DNA of 21,248 bases, taken from the NCBI GenBank assembly GCA_029856525.1, contig JAHQXC010000015.1, positions 1 to 21,248 on the forward strand, given 5' to 3'. A model generated the notes under the pieces. That model was given only the letters and a program-made list of their open reading frames with translations, searched no databases and was not told the DNA's origin. Positions 1 to 7,237 of the stretch are shown piece by piece (within the stretch, counting starts at the first letter, position 1; each line of letters starts with the position of its first letter). Position numbers and translations under genes: made by a program. The DNA comes from Candidatus Odinarchaeia archaeon. GTDB lineage: Archaea > Asgardarchaeota > Odinarchaeia > Odinarchaeales > Odinarchaeaceae.

Positions 1-87
1 TAAACTCTAATTGAACGAAGAAGAGTAGCTAGCATGCAGTGGTCTAAAATAGTAAAATTCTCAAAGTAACTTGATGAAACCGGTATT

Positions 88-102
88 AAAAAATATAAAA
101 TT
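88..102 (-). terminator. Possible oligo-T terminator downstream of tRNA-Gln
   Basis: Minus strand reads TTTTATATTTTTT about 10 nt past the CCA end. Archaeal terminators are typically T-rich, but the local sequence is AT-rich anyway. Confidence 0.4.
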
Positions 103-140
103 CATGTTTAAATGGTAGCCCGGAGGAGATTCGAACTCCT

Positions 141-159
141 TTTTAGCCTTTGATAAGGG
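141..159 (-). other. tRNA intron 2, non-canonical position 48/49 (variable loop/T-stem junction), 19 nt, BHB motif
   Basis: Intron is C-CCTT-ATCA-AAGG-CTAA-AA. Central helix is UUAG/CUAA, the bulges are AC|C and AA|A, the inner hairpin is CCTT/AAGG, and the outer helix is CC(40-41)/GG(50-51). Removal leaves a 4-nt variable loop AGAC and an intact T-stem. Confidence 0.88.
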
Positions 160-169
160 GTCTAAGGGT

Positions 170-189
170 TTCCTTACACTTTAAGTGTT
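170..189 (-). other. tRNA intron 1, canonical position 37/38, 20 nt, BHB motif
   Basis: Intron is A-ACACT-TAA-AGTGT-AAGG-AA. Central 4-bp helix is CUUU(32-35)/AAGG, the bulges are GG|A and AA|A, the inner hairpin is ACACT/AGTGT, and the outer helix is the anticodon stem. Confidence 0.92.
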
Positions 190-399
190 CCAAAGCCCTT
201 TATGCTTGGCCACTACACCACCGGGCTGCAGATTACAGTTAACTTTTTTATTCTCTTATCGCTTCTTCTAGCTATTAGATACGAGTCTCTTTAAAAATTT
301 AAATGTTTTCAAAGCCTTGCATGGTTTAGCCGATTCTCGAGTCGTAGATGGTGAATTAACCTTTTTAGTATAGGTTTAAAATATTTTAAAAGTTTAAGT

Positions 400-408
400 T
401 TTTAAATA
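400..408 (+). promoter_or_regulatory. Putative TATA box for the small ORF-pscS operon
   Basis: TTTTAAATA lies about 40 nt upstream of the start codon. The same 9-mer recurs upstream of taw1 (15281-15289) and the translin gene (16316-16324). Confidence 0.45.
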
Positions 409-450
409 GGTTACGTTATAAGCTAATTATCGCTGCTTTCGGTGGTTGCT

Positions 451-627
451 ATGCCGGATGATAAAACTAATTTAGTTTTTCGCGCTATGTTTCTGTTAGA
501 GGATTTCAGAGAGCTTTTACGTGAAACAGCTCCTAACCATGTTTTCACCGGGGATGTTAAAATAAGAGCTGAGCGTATTTTAGCTGATTTAGAGAAGATT
601 ATAGGAGAATTGAAGAGGTTGATTTGA
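451..627 (+). CDS. Small helical protein (58 aa), probable truncated SepCysE homolog (SepCysSN type) coupled to SepCysS
   Basis: ATG at 451 follows GGTGGT, a Shine-Dalgarno-like sequence. The product is amphipathic and helical. Its TGA (625-627) directly abuts the pscS ATG (628) in the same frame. The family call rests on size and position: C-terminally truncated SepCysE homologs are known to be fused or gene-coupled to SepCysS. Confidence 0.55.
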   Translation: MPDDKTNLVFRAMFLLEDFRELLRETAPNHVFTGDVKIRAERILADLEKIIGELKRLI

Positions 628-1818
628 ATGCCCTGGGATATATGTGATTTCAGTAATATTAGACGAGTTGAAGAAGACTATATTAACTTGAATCCTATTC
701 AAAGAGCCGGTGTGTTAACTAGCGCGGCTAGAAAGGCGCTTATCTCATACGGGGATGGTTATTCAACCTGCGATTTATGTCTTAAACCTTTTAGGCTTGA
801 TAAGATTTCTAAACCTCCTATAGGTGAATTCTATCAGGAGTTAGCTGAATGGCTGAATATGGATGTTGTTCGTATTATGCCTGGAGCCCGCCGCGGTTTT
901 CAAGCTGTAGCTCTATCTCTTCTTAAACCAGGTGATGTTGTAGTAGGGTCTGTTCTATCTCACTACACTGTTTTTCTCGCGGTTGAAGAGGCTGGTGCTA
1001 GTTTAGCTGAGGTTAACGTTGATGAAAGCTATGTTATAAAACCGGAGTTTTTAGCCAGTAAAATCGAGGAGATCCGGCGTGTTAAAGGTAGAGATCAGCC
1101 TAAACTAGTTGTTTTAAGCCATGTAGACTACCTTTTCGGGAATGTTCACCCGATTGAAGAGCTTATTAAAATCGCAAAAGAATATGGGGTTCCGTTTCTC
1201 TATAACGGCGCTTACACGGTTGGTGTGATGCCTGTTGATGGTAGAAGGCTTGGAGCTGATTTCATCGTCGGTTCAGGGCATAAAAGCATGGCTTCACCGG
1301 CTCCTACAGGTGTTCTAGCTACGTCTAATGAATGGGCTTCTAAAATTTTTTCAACGGCGAGTATTAAAGGCGATGTTAGCGGTAGAAGCTTCGGGATTAA
1401 AGAAACTCATCTTCTAGGTTGCACTGTAATGGGTGCTCCTCTTCTAGCTATGATGGCAAGCTTCCCCTATGTGAAAGAGAGGGTTAAGAGATGGGATGAA
1501 GAGGTGAGGAAAGCTCAATTTTTCATCAACGAATTTGAGAAGATTGAAGGAAACCGTGTTCTCGGGCAGAGACCCCACCTTCACACGCTTATGAAACTCG
1601 ATACGACAAGGTCCTTTGATAGAATCGCTCAAGCCCATAAGAAGAAAGGATACTTCCTCTATCATGAACTTGAAGCTCGTAAAATAACCGGTATTTTTCC
1701 AGGAGCTACTAGGAATTTTAAGATTAACTTATACGGTTTAACATGGGATCAAGTCCGCTATGTAGCTGACGCGTTCAAGGAGATCGCTGTAAATTATAAT
1801 ATACCAGTGTCAGGGTAG
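628..1818 (+). CDS. pscS: O-phosphoseryl-tRNA:Cys-tRNA synthase (SepCysS)
   Basis: Motifs INLNPIQRAGVLT, YGDGYSTCDLC, LYNGAY, the PLP-lysine motif GSGHKS, and LLGCT. Confidence 0.95.
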   Translation: MPWDICDFSNIRRVEEDYINLNPIQRAGVLTSAARKALISYGDGYSTCDLCLKPFRLDKISKPPIGEFYQELAEWLNMDVVRIMPGARRGFQAVALSLLKPGDVVVGSVLSHYTVFLAVEEAGASLAEVNVDESYVIKPEFLASKIEEIRRVKGRDQPKLVVLSHVDYLFGNVHPIEELIKIAKEYGVPFLYNGAYTVGVMPVDGRRLGADFIVGSGHKSMASPAPTGVLATSNEWASKIFSTASIKGDVSGRSFGIKETHLLGCTVMGAPLLAMMASFPYVKERVKRWDEEVRKAQFFINEFEKIEGNRVLGQRPHLHTLMKLDTTRSFDRIAQAHKKKGYFLYHELEARKITGIFPGATRNFKINLYGLTWDQVRYVADAFKEIAVNYNIPVSG

Positions 1819-1834
1819 CGGTTTTTCTTAAAAG

Positions 1835-3517
1835 TTAGGCGGCTTCCTGTCTTAACTCAAGTATTTTTCTATCTATTCTCTGCGATAACTTCATTATTTT
1901 CTTTTCAAGCTCATCTTTTAATCTATTATATGTAGCCGCTGTTACACGTTTATTTAAGTATCTATTTCTTAAATCTTGTAATTGTCTCTGCGCTGTCTCC
2001 TTCTCTAATTCAAACTCCTCTATAGTAGTAACAGTTCTAGCATACGAGGAGCCTGCTCTACTTAAATCCTCTTTCAAAGGTTTTAACTCCCTGTCGACGC
2101 GTTCAAGCTCTGTAATATAAGCCGTCCTCCTTTTCTGATACTCTATTTTCCTAATCTTACCTTTCAAGTAGTCTACTTCTAATCGTTCAAGTCTTTCAGC
2201 TAAAGCTGTTTTATCCTCGTAGAGTTTACAGAACAGGCTGATTAATTCTTTAGGTTTCTCCTCTATTTTAACCTCTACAGGAGCCTCCTCTTCTCTACGT
2301 GTTTTAAGCCTCCAAGCTATGAAAGCTGTTAGCAGGATCCCTGTTACCGCGCTTATAAGAAGAGGCCTCCCTATAATATCAGCTAACCCTATCGTATAAG
2401 TGAACTCCACGATACCTGTATTATAAGAAGTAGCGTTCACTCTTGTAATAGTCAGCGTGTTCAAGGTTGCTTGAACATTATAGTCGGAGGGGGCTGTATA
2501 ACTGTTAATTATAGATGACTCTGAAAGCTTTATATTTAAAGAGTATTCTCTAGCCGTGTATTGAGGCGGAGATGTCTGAAGCCTTATACCGGTTGAAGTT
2601 TGACCGCGGTATGATTCAATCGGAAGCCAGTATTCTATAATAAATAAATAGCTTTGATTACTGTAAACCGTGTATCTGAAATTCACTGTTATTAAAGTTA
2701 TATTCCCGTCTGCAACCTGATTATATGTGAGGATACCCGTATAATCGTATACTTTAAAGTTTTGAGCGTAGGGTAGCGTCGCCACGGTAAACGTTGTTAT
2801 ACCTGAGGTGACACCGGTATTTAGTATTGTAAGATTATGTGTTTCAATTATTTTCAAACCAAGCCATGGATTAATTTCTAAACTTCTTTTAAACATATTA
2901 TACTCAGCTAAAGGCGTGCCGCTGTACGCGTATTCTATTTTAAGAGCAACGTAATTGTAAGCTGTGAGATTCGACGCTGTATAAGTGGAATAAGACGGTG
3001 TTGTTCTCACACCGGGAGTTGAAATTTTACCTGTCATATAAGTTATATTATATGGGAGTATAGGGTATCTCGGGATTGTGAGAGAATACTCGCCTACTCC
3101 TTTAGATAATATTATTCTCGTGTAAACCATTGTAACCGTTATGTTAACGGTTGAACTAGGCGTTAACGCGGATGGTAGTAGTATAGCATAGCCGGATATG
3201 TTACTGTTAATCGTGAACCTGTTTGAAACCTGTAGGCTTAAACCGTTATAAACAGCTCCAACATAGTTAATATAACTGTTAAAATCAGAGTAGACTCCTA
3301 TAACGACGTAATCGGTTGAAGTTGACCCGTTGTTAGCTACCAGCAGAGTGTCGTTCACCACCACCTGTCCATAAGTGTTTACGCTTATCTGACGGTTAGC
3401 GTTGATAACTGTAAGATAGTTCTGTGGAGTGTACGCTGCTTGCTGAGTGATATTGACAGGTATACTTATGAAGATGAATAAAACCGTTAGAGTGATTAGA
3501 TAAACATTTTTATTCAA
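1835..3517 (-). CDS. Ribophorin I (RPN1/OST1)-like type I membrane protein
   Basis: N-terminal signal peptide, two beta-rich luminal repeats, one TM helix (PLLISAVTGILLTAFIAW) and a C-terminal coiled-coil region. KRSLEINPWLGLKIIETH resembles the RPN1 R.IEVSHWGN...E motif, and LP...KVYDYTG resembles LP...YYRD.IG. Many N-x-S/T sequons. TTG start. Confidence 0.75.
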   Translation of the reverse strand: MNKNVYLITLTVLFIFISIPVNITQQAAYTPQNYLTVINANRQISVNTYGQVVVNDTLLVANNGSTSTDYVVIGVYSDFNSYINYVGAVYNGLSLQVSNRFTINSNISGYAILLPSALTPSSTVNITVTMVYTRIILSKGVGEYSLTIPRYPILPYNITYMTGKISTPGVRTTPSYSTYTASNLTAYNYVALKIEYAYSGTPLAEYNMFKRSLEINPWLGLKIIETHNLTILNTGVTSGITTFTVATLPYAQNFKVYDYTGILTYNQVADGNITLITVNFRYTVYSNQSYLFIIEYWLPIESYRGQTSTGIRLQTSPPQYTAREYSLNIKLSESSIINSYTAPSDYNVQATLNTLTITRVNATSYNTGIVEFTYTIGLADIIGRPLLISAVTGILLTAFIAWRLKTRREEEAPVEVKIEEKPKELISLFCKLYEDKTALAERLERLEVDYLKGKIRKIEYQKRRTAYITELERVDRELKPLKEDLSRAGSSYARTVTTIEEFELEKETAQRQLQDLRNRYLNKRVTAATYNRLKDELEKKIMKLSQRIDRKILELRQEAA

Positions 3518-3585
3518 ATAGAAAACCCCGTTTAACTATAGACCTCGTATGCAAGTTATTAGTTTTTTATTATCTTAAAGCTTCA

Positions 3586-3652
3586 TATATAAATATTTAA
3601 TTTTCCAGCTTAGCCGGGTGTGTGAACCTGCATAATATAAAAACTTATTAAA
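3586..3652. promoter_or_regulatory. Divergent promoter region for the ribophorin I-like gene and the gcvP operon
   Basis: TTTATATA on the minus strand (3593-3586) and AAAAC-TTATTAAA on the plus strand (about 3640-3652), each upstream of a divergent gene. Confidence 0.4.
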
Positions 3653-3705
3653 GTAGAGGTGATTAATAGCTAAATATGTTTAAATGAAATTTGAAGGGTG
3701 ACCTT

Positions 3706-5123
3706 ATGAAAGAATACCCTTATCTACCAAATGTACCTGATAAGATTAAGCGGATGATGTTAGATGAGATAGGCGTGAATTCGATAGAGCAGCTATACTC
3801 TGATATTCCAGCGGATATTCTTCTAAGAAGGAATCTGAATCTCCCTGAATCCAAGTCTGAGAGTGAAGTTTACCGTGAAACTGTTCGAATTCTAAGAAAA
3901 AACAGGGCTTTAGATTATTCTAAGATATTTGTAGGCGCAGGGGTTTGGCCTCATCTTATCCCCTCAATAGTCGGTGTTCTACTCAGCCGCGGGGAATTCC
4001 TGACCGCCTACACCCCATAGCTGTGTTTTAATAAACACGGCGGGGAGATCAAGCGGAAGCCTCTCAGGGAATTCTCCAAGCCTTCTACGAGTATCAGAGC
4101 ATGATGGCTGAGCTTTTAGAGATAGATGTTGTAAACGAGTCCATGTACGACTGGGCTTCAGCTTTAGGTGAAGCTGCTTTAATGTGTAATCGCCTTAATA
4201 AGAGGGGGAAGTTTCTAATACCTGAAATCATACACCCTGACCGTTACTCAACGCTTATATCCTATACTGATAGCGCTGGAATAGAAGTTGTTAAAGTTAA
4301 ATATGACCGGGATAGCGGTAAGCTTGATCTAGCCGATTTAAAATCGAAGATGAACGGTGATGTAACCGCTGTCTATGTTGAAAATCCAAGCTATCTCGGA
4401 GTCATAGAAGACCAGGTTGATGAAATTTCCAGTATTTGTAAAAGCAATGAATCACTGTTCGTGGTCGGCGTGGACCCTACCTCTCTTGGTATAATTAAAC
4501 CTCCTGGAGCTTATGGAGCTGATATTATTATAGGAGAAGGCCAGCCTTTCGGATCTCCTATCAACTATGGAGGTCCGCTGCTAGGGATCTTCGCGTGTAG
4601 AGACGACAAGAAAATGATCAGACAGCTACCAGGCCGCTTAATCGGTATGACTACTACAATAGAAGGCGGTGAGCGCGGTTATGTGATGACTTTAACCTCT
4701 AGAGAACAGCATATAAAAAGGGAGAAGGCTACATCTAATATATGCTCTAATGAAGGCTTGTTAACTGTTGCAGCTGCAATATACATGGCGGCTCTCGGTA
4801 AAAACGGGATTATTAAACTGAGCAAGAATATTTTCTATAATACACAGTATTTGATGAGAAGGCTTCAAGAAATTGAATCTATTACAAGCCCTGTTTTTAA
4901 CAGCGTTCACTTTAAAGAGTTTACAGTTAACATTGACAGGGTTAAATTATCTTGCTCTGAATTCCAGGGGAAATTGTTAGAGAAAGGGTTAATCTTCGGT
5001 AAATCCGTGGAGCGTGAGTATCCTGAGCTCGGTAAAACATTATTAGCCTGCACAACAGAGGTTCACTTAAAAGAGGATTTAGATTACCTGGCGAATAGTA
5101 TCCGCGAGGTGGTTGAAGCATGA
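3706..5123 (+). CDS. gcvPA: Glycine dehydrogenase (decarboxylating) subunit 1, intron-containing: join(3706..4018,4048..5123), 462 aa
   Basis: ATG at 3706 follows AAGGGTGA. Exon 1 ends ...[11 protein letters not shown] and exon 2 begins AT-CAA-GCG-GAA-GCC-TCT-CAG-GGA, so the join gives [27 protein letters not shown]. Downstream GcvPA motifs are intact (NESMYD, GEGQPFG, GGP.LG, LTSREQHIKREKATSNICSN). Spliced length is 1389 nt, or 463 codons. Confidence 0.93.
4019..4047 (+). other. Predicted 29-nt archaeal BHB intron within the gcvPA mRNA
   Basis: CCCC(4013-16), bulge AT|A(4017-19), 9-bp hairpin GCTGTGTTT-TAAT-AAACACGGC(4020-41), GGGG(4042-45), bulge AG|A(4046-48). Cleavage after the second nucleotide of each bulge reconstitutes TAT (Tyr) and the reading frame. 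Confidence 0.9.
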
Positions 5124-6670
5124 CGGGTAAAGATTTTTACAGGCAAGCGAAGTGGAGTGAACCCCTCATCTTCGAATTATCAAGTGAGGGTAGAGTAGGA
5201 TACCGGCTACCTGATCTTGACGAATCGATTGAGAGAGAGATCGGCGATTACAGAAAGATAATTCCAAGCAACATGATTCGAGATAATCCTCCGAGTTTAC
5301 CTGAAGTCTCAGAGGTTACAGTTATCCGGCATTTCACACGTTTATCTCAGATGAACTGGGGGGTTGACAGTGGAATATATCCTTTAGGAAGCTGTACTAT
5401 GAAGTATAATCCTAGGGTTAATGAAATTTTAACGAGTATGATGGAGTTAACTAACCTTCACCCATATCAGCCGGTTGAAACAGTTCAAGGGATTTTAGAA
5501 ATCTTATACAAGCTTCAAAAATGGCTTGCTGAGATAACGGGGACTGCAGCAGTCTCTCTTCAACCAGCTGCAGGCGCTCACGGAGAATTCTTAGGCGTAT
5601 TATTAATGAGAGCATACCACAAGTATAATGGTGAACTGGATAAGAGAAGAGAGATGATCATACCTGATTCAGCTCACGGAACCAACCCTGCTAGCGCTCG
5701 GATGGGCGGCTTCGATGTAGTGGTTGTTCCTTCAGATGAAAACGGATTAGTTGACATGGAGGCTTTAAAGAGTAGTGTATCTGAGAAAACCGCTGGTTTA
5801 ATGTTGACTAATCCGAATACACTTGGTTTATTCGAGAAGAATATAGTTGAAATAGCTAGAATCATCCATGAGGCTGGTGCTCTACTATACTATGACGGCG
5901 CTAATCTGAACCCTATTCTAGGTAAGGTTAGACCAGGAGACATGGGGTTTGACATAGTTCACATAAACACGCATAAAACGTTTTCAACACCTCACGGAGG
6001 CGGCGGTCCAGGCGCCGGTCCTGTAGCTGTCTGCGAGCGGCTTGCAGAATTTCTACCGGTTCCAATAGTAGACTACGATGGGTCTAAATACTATCTTAAC
6101 TATAATCTACCGCACTCTATCGGTAAAATAAAAGGTTTTTACGGTAATATAAGCGTGTTAGTGAGAGCCTACTGTTACATTCTCTCCATGGGATTCGACG
6201 GTTTAAAAGAGGCTGCTGAGTTATCTGTCTTAAACGCGAATTATATTAAAGCTAGGCTAGAGAAATTACGCGGGCTATCTCTTAAATACGCTCCTCAAAC
6301 ACCTAGAAAACATGAAGTAGTGTTCAGCGCTTCCCCTCTATTAAAGGAGACGGGGGTGGCGGCTTTAGACATAGCTAAAAACCTGCTTGATTCAGGTGTA
6401 CACGCTCCTACCAATTACTTTCCATTAATCGTAAGCGAGGCTTTAATGATAGAGCCTACTGAAACAGAGCCGAAGGAGGAGTTAGATAAATTCGTTGAAG
6501 GCTTGAAGAGAATCCTGGATGAGGCTTATTCGAATCCTGAAGCGGTTAAGAAGGCTCCTTTAAAAACATCTGTAACTAGACTGGATGAGGTTAAAGCAGC
6601 TCACCCTCAAACAATGGCTTTAACATACCGGATGTTTCTCAAATCCGCGGGTGTTAAAAGGGATGTTTGA
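5120..6670 (+). CDS. gcvPB: Glycine dehydrogenase (decarboxylating) subunit 2
   Basis: Motifs YPLGSCTMKYNP, QPAAGAHGE, PDSAHGTNPASA, MLTNPNTLGLFE, YYDGAN, and the PLP lysine motif HINTHKTFSTPHGGGGPG. ATGA overlap with gcvPA. Confidence 0.97.
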   Translation: MTGKDFYRQAKWSEPLIFELSSEGRVGYRLPDLDESIEREIGDYRKIIPSNMIRDNPPSLPEVSEVTVIRHFTRLSQMNWGVDSGIYPLGSCTMKYNPRVNEILTSMMELTNLHPYQPVETVQGILEILYKLQKWLAEITGTAAVSLQPAAGAHGEFLGVLLMRAYHKYNGELDKRREMIIPDSAHGTNPASARMGGFDVVVVPSDENGLVDMEALKSSVSEKTAGLMLTNPNTLGLFEKNIVEIARIIHEAGALLYYDGANLNPILGKVRPGDMGFDIVHINTHKTFSTPHGGGGPGAGPVAVCERLAEFLPVPIVDYDGSKYYLNYNLPHSIGKIKGFYGNISVLVRAYCYILSMGFDGLKEAAELSVLNANYIKARLEKLRGLSLKYAPQTPRKHEVVFSASPLLKETGVAALDIAKNLLDSGVHAPTNYFPLIVSEALMIEPTETEPKEELDKFVEGLKRILDEAYSNPEAVKKAPLKTSVTRLDEVKAAHPQTMALTYRMFLKSAGVKRDV

Positions 6671-7221
6671 TGAAGATTCTAGTATTAGGGGATTTACATA
6701 TACCTGGAAGAGCTAAAGAGATTAACCCGATTATAAGAGAGTATATAGAAGAGAGGAGAAGCAGCTATAAGCTTATCCTCTGCACAGGTGATTTAACCTC
6801 CCATAAGACTTTAGAATATCTCTCCACGCTAGGAGCGGTTAAAGCTGTCAGAGGGAATATGGATAATATTGAACTGCCTGAATACTTTATTGAAAACATT
6901 AGCGGCGTTAGATTAGGGTTAATACACGGCGACCAAGTTTACCCTAGAGGAGATCCTACACTATTAAGTAAGATTGCACGACAGTTAAATGTGAAGATTC
7001 TAGTAAGCGGGCATACGCATTCATCTTTCTCATTAGAGTGTAATCAAATAATTTTACTAAACCCGGGGAGTATCACGGGAGCTTGGGGTGGAGGCGACTA
7101 CTCAGGGATACCTGAATTCATGGAGTTATCATTCGCCTCGAATAATTCTTTAACAGTAGACGTTCATAAACTTATACAGGATAAAATTGTACGCTCCAGC
7201 TTCAATTTTAAAATAGTATAG
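6670..7221 (+). CDS. YfcE/MJ0936/Vps29-family metallophosphoesterase
   Basis: Motifs LVLGDLHIP, LCTGDL, VRGNMD, LIHGDQV.P.GD, LVSGHTH and NPGSITGA, collinear with Vps29. The ATG at 6670 overlaps the gcvPB TGA. Confidence 0.88.
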   Translation: MKILVLGDLHIPGRAKEINPIIREYIEERRSSYKLILCTGDLTSHKTLEYLSTLGAVKAVRGNMDNIELPEYFIENISGVRLGLIHGDQVYPRGDPTLLSKIARQLNVKILVSGHTHSSFSLECNQIILLNPGSITGAWGGGDYSGIPEFMELSFASNNSLTVDVHKLIQDKIVRSSFNFKIV

Positions 7222-7237
7222 TAAGGGTGGGCTTGTA

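Larger units (their letters stand above)
113..227 (-). tRNA. tRNA-Gln(UUG) with encoded CCA and two BHB introns; exons 227-190, 169-160 and 140-113; mature length 76 nt
   Basis: Minus strand reads AGCCCGG TG GTGT AGTGGCCAA GCAT A AAGGG CT TTG G [20 nt] A CCCTT AGAC [19 nt] AGGAG TTCGAAT CTCCT CCGGGCT A CCA. Removing both inserts gives a clean cloverleaf. The A1-U72 pair is typical of archaeal tRNA-Gln. Anticodon TTG is at 193-191. Confidence 0.96.

Noticed and set aside
1-112. Possible gene fragment at the left edge
   Set aside because: All three plus-strand frames contain stops. A minus-strand ATG near position 35 opens only 11 codons before the window edge, too little to support a call.
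141-169. Long variable arm (Leu/Ser-type tRNA) or a single longer intron
   Set aside because: The anticodon and A1-U72 pair indicate Gln. A single-intron model gave no valid BHB and left a 14-nt variable region, whereas the two-intron model gives two valid BHBs and a 76-nt tRNA.
4018-4020. Pyrrolysine or amber readthrough, or a simple frameshift, at the gcvPA TAG
   Set aside because: The insert is 29 nt, not a multiple of 3, so readthrough alone does not restore the frame. A frameshift would leave about 10 foreign residues inside the conserved motif.
3691-5123. gcvPA as a pseudogene or as two genes (109 aa and 340 aa in the ORF track)
   Set aside because: The break falls inside a conserved motif, both halves are otherwise undamaged, and one BHB-bounded 29-nt excision repairs the gene exactly.
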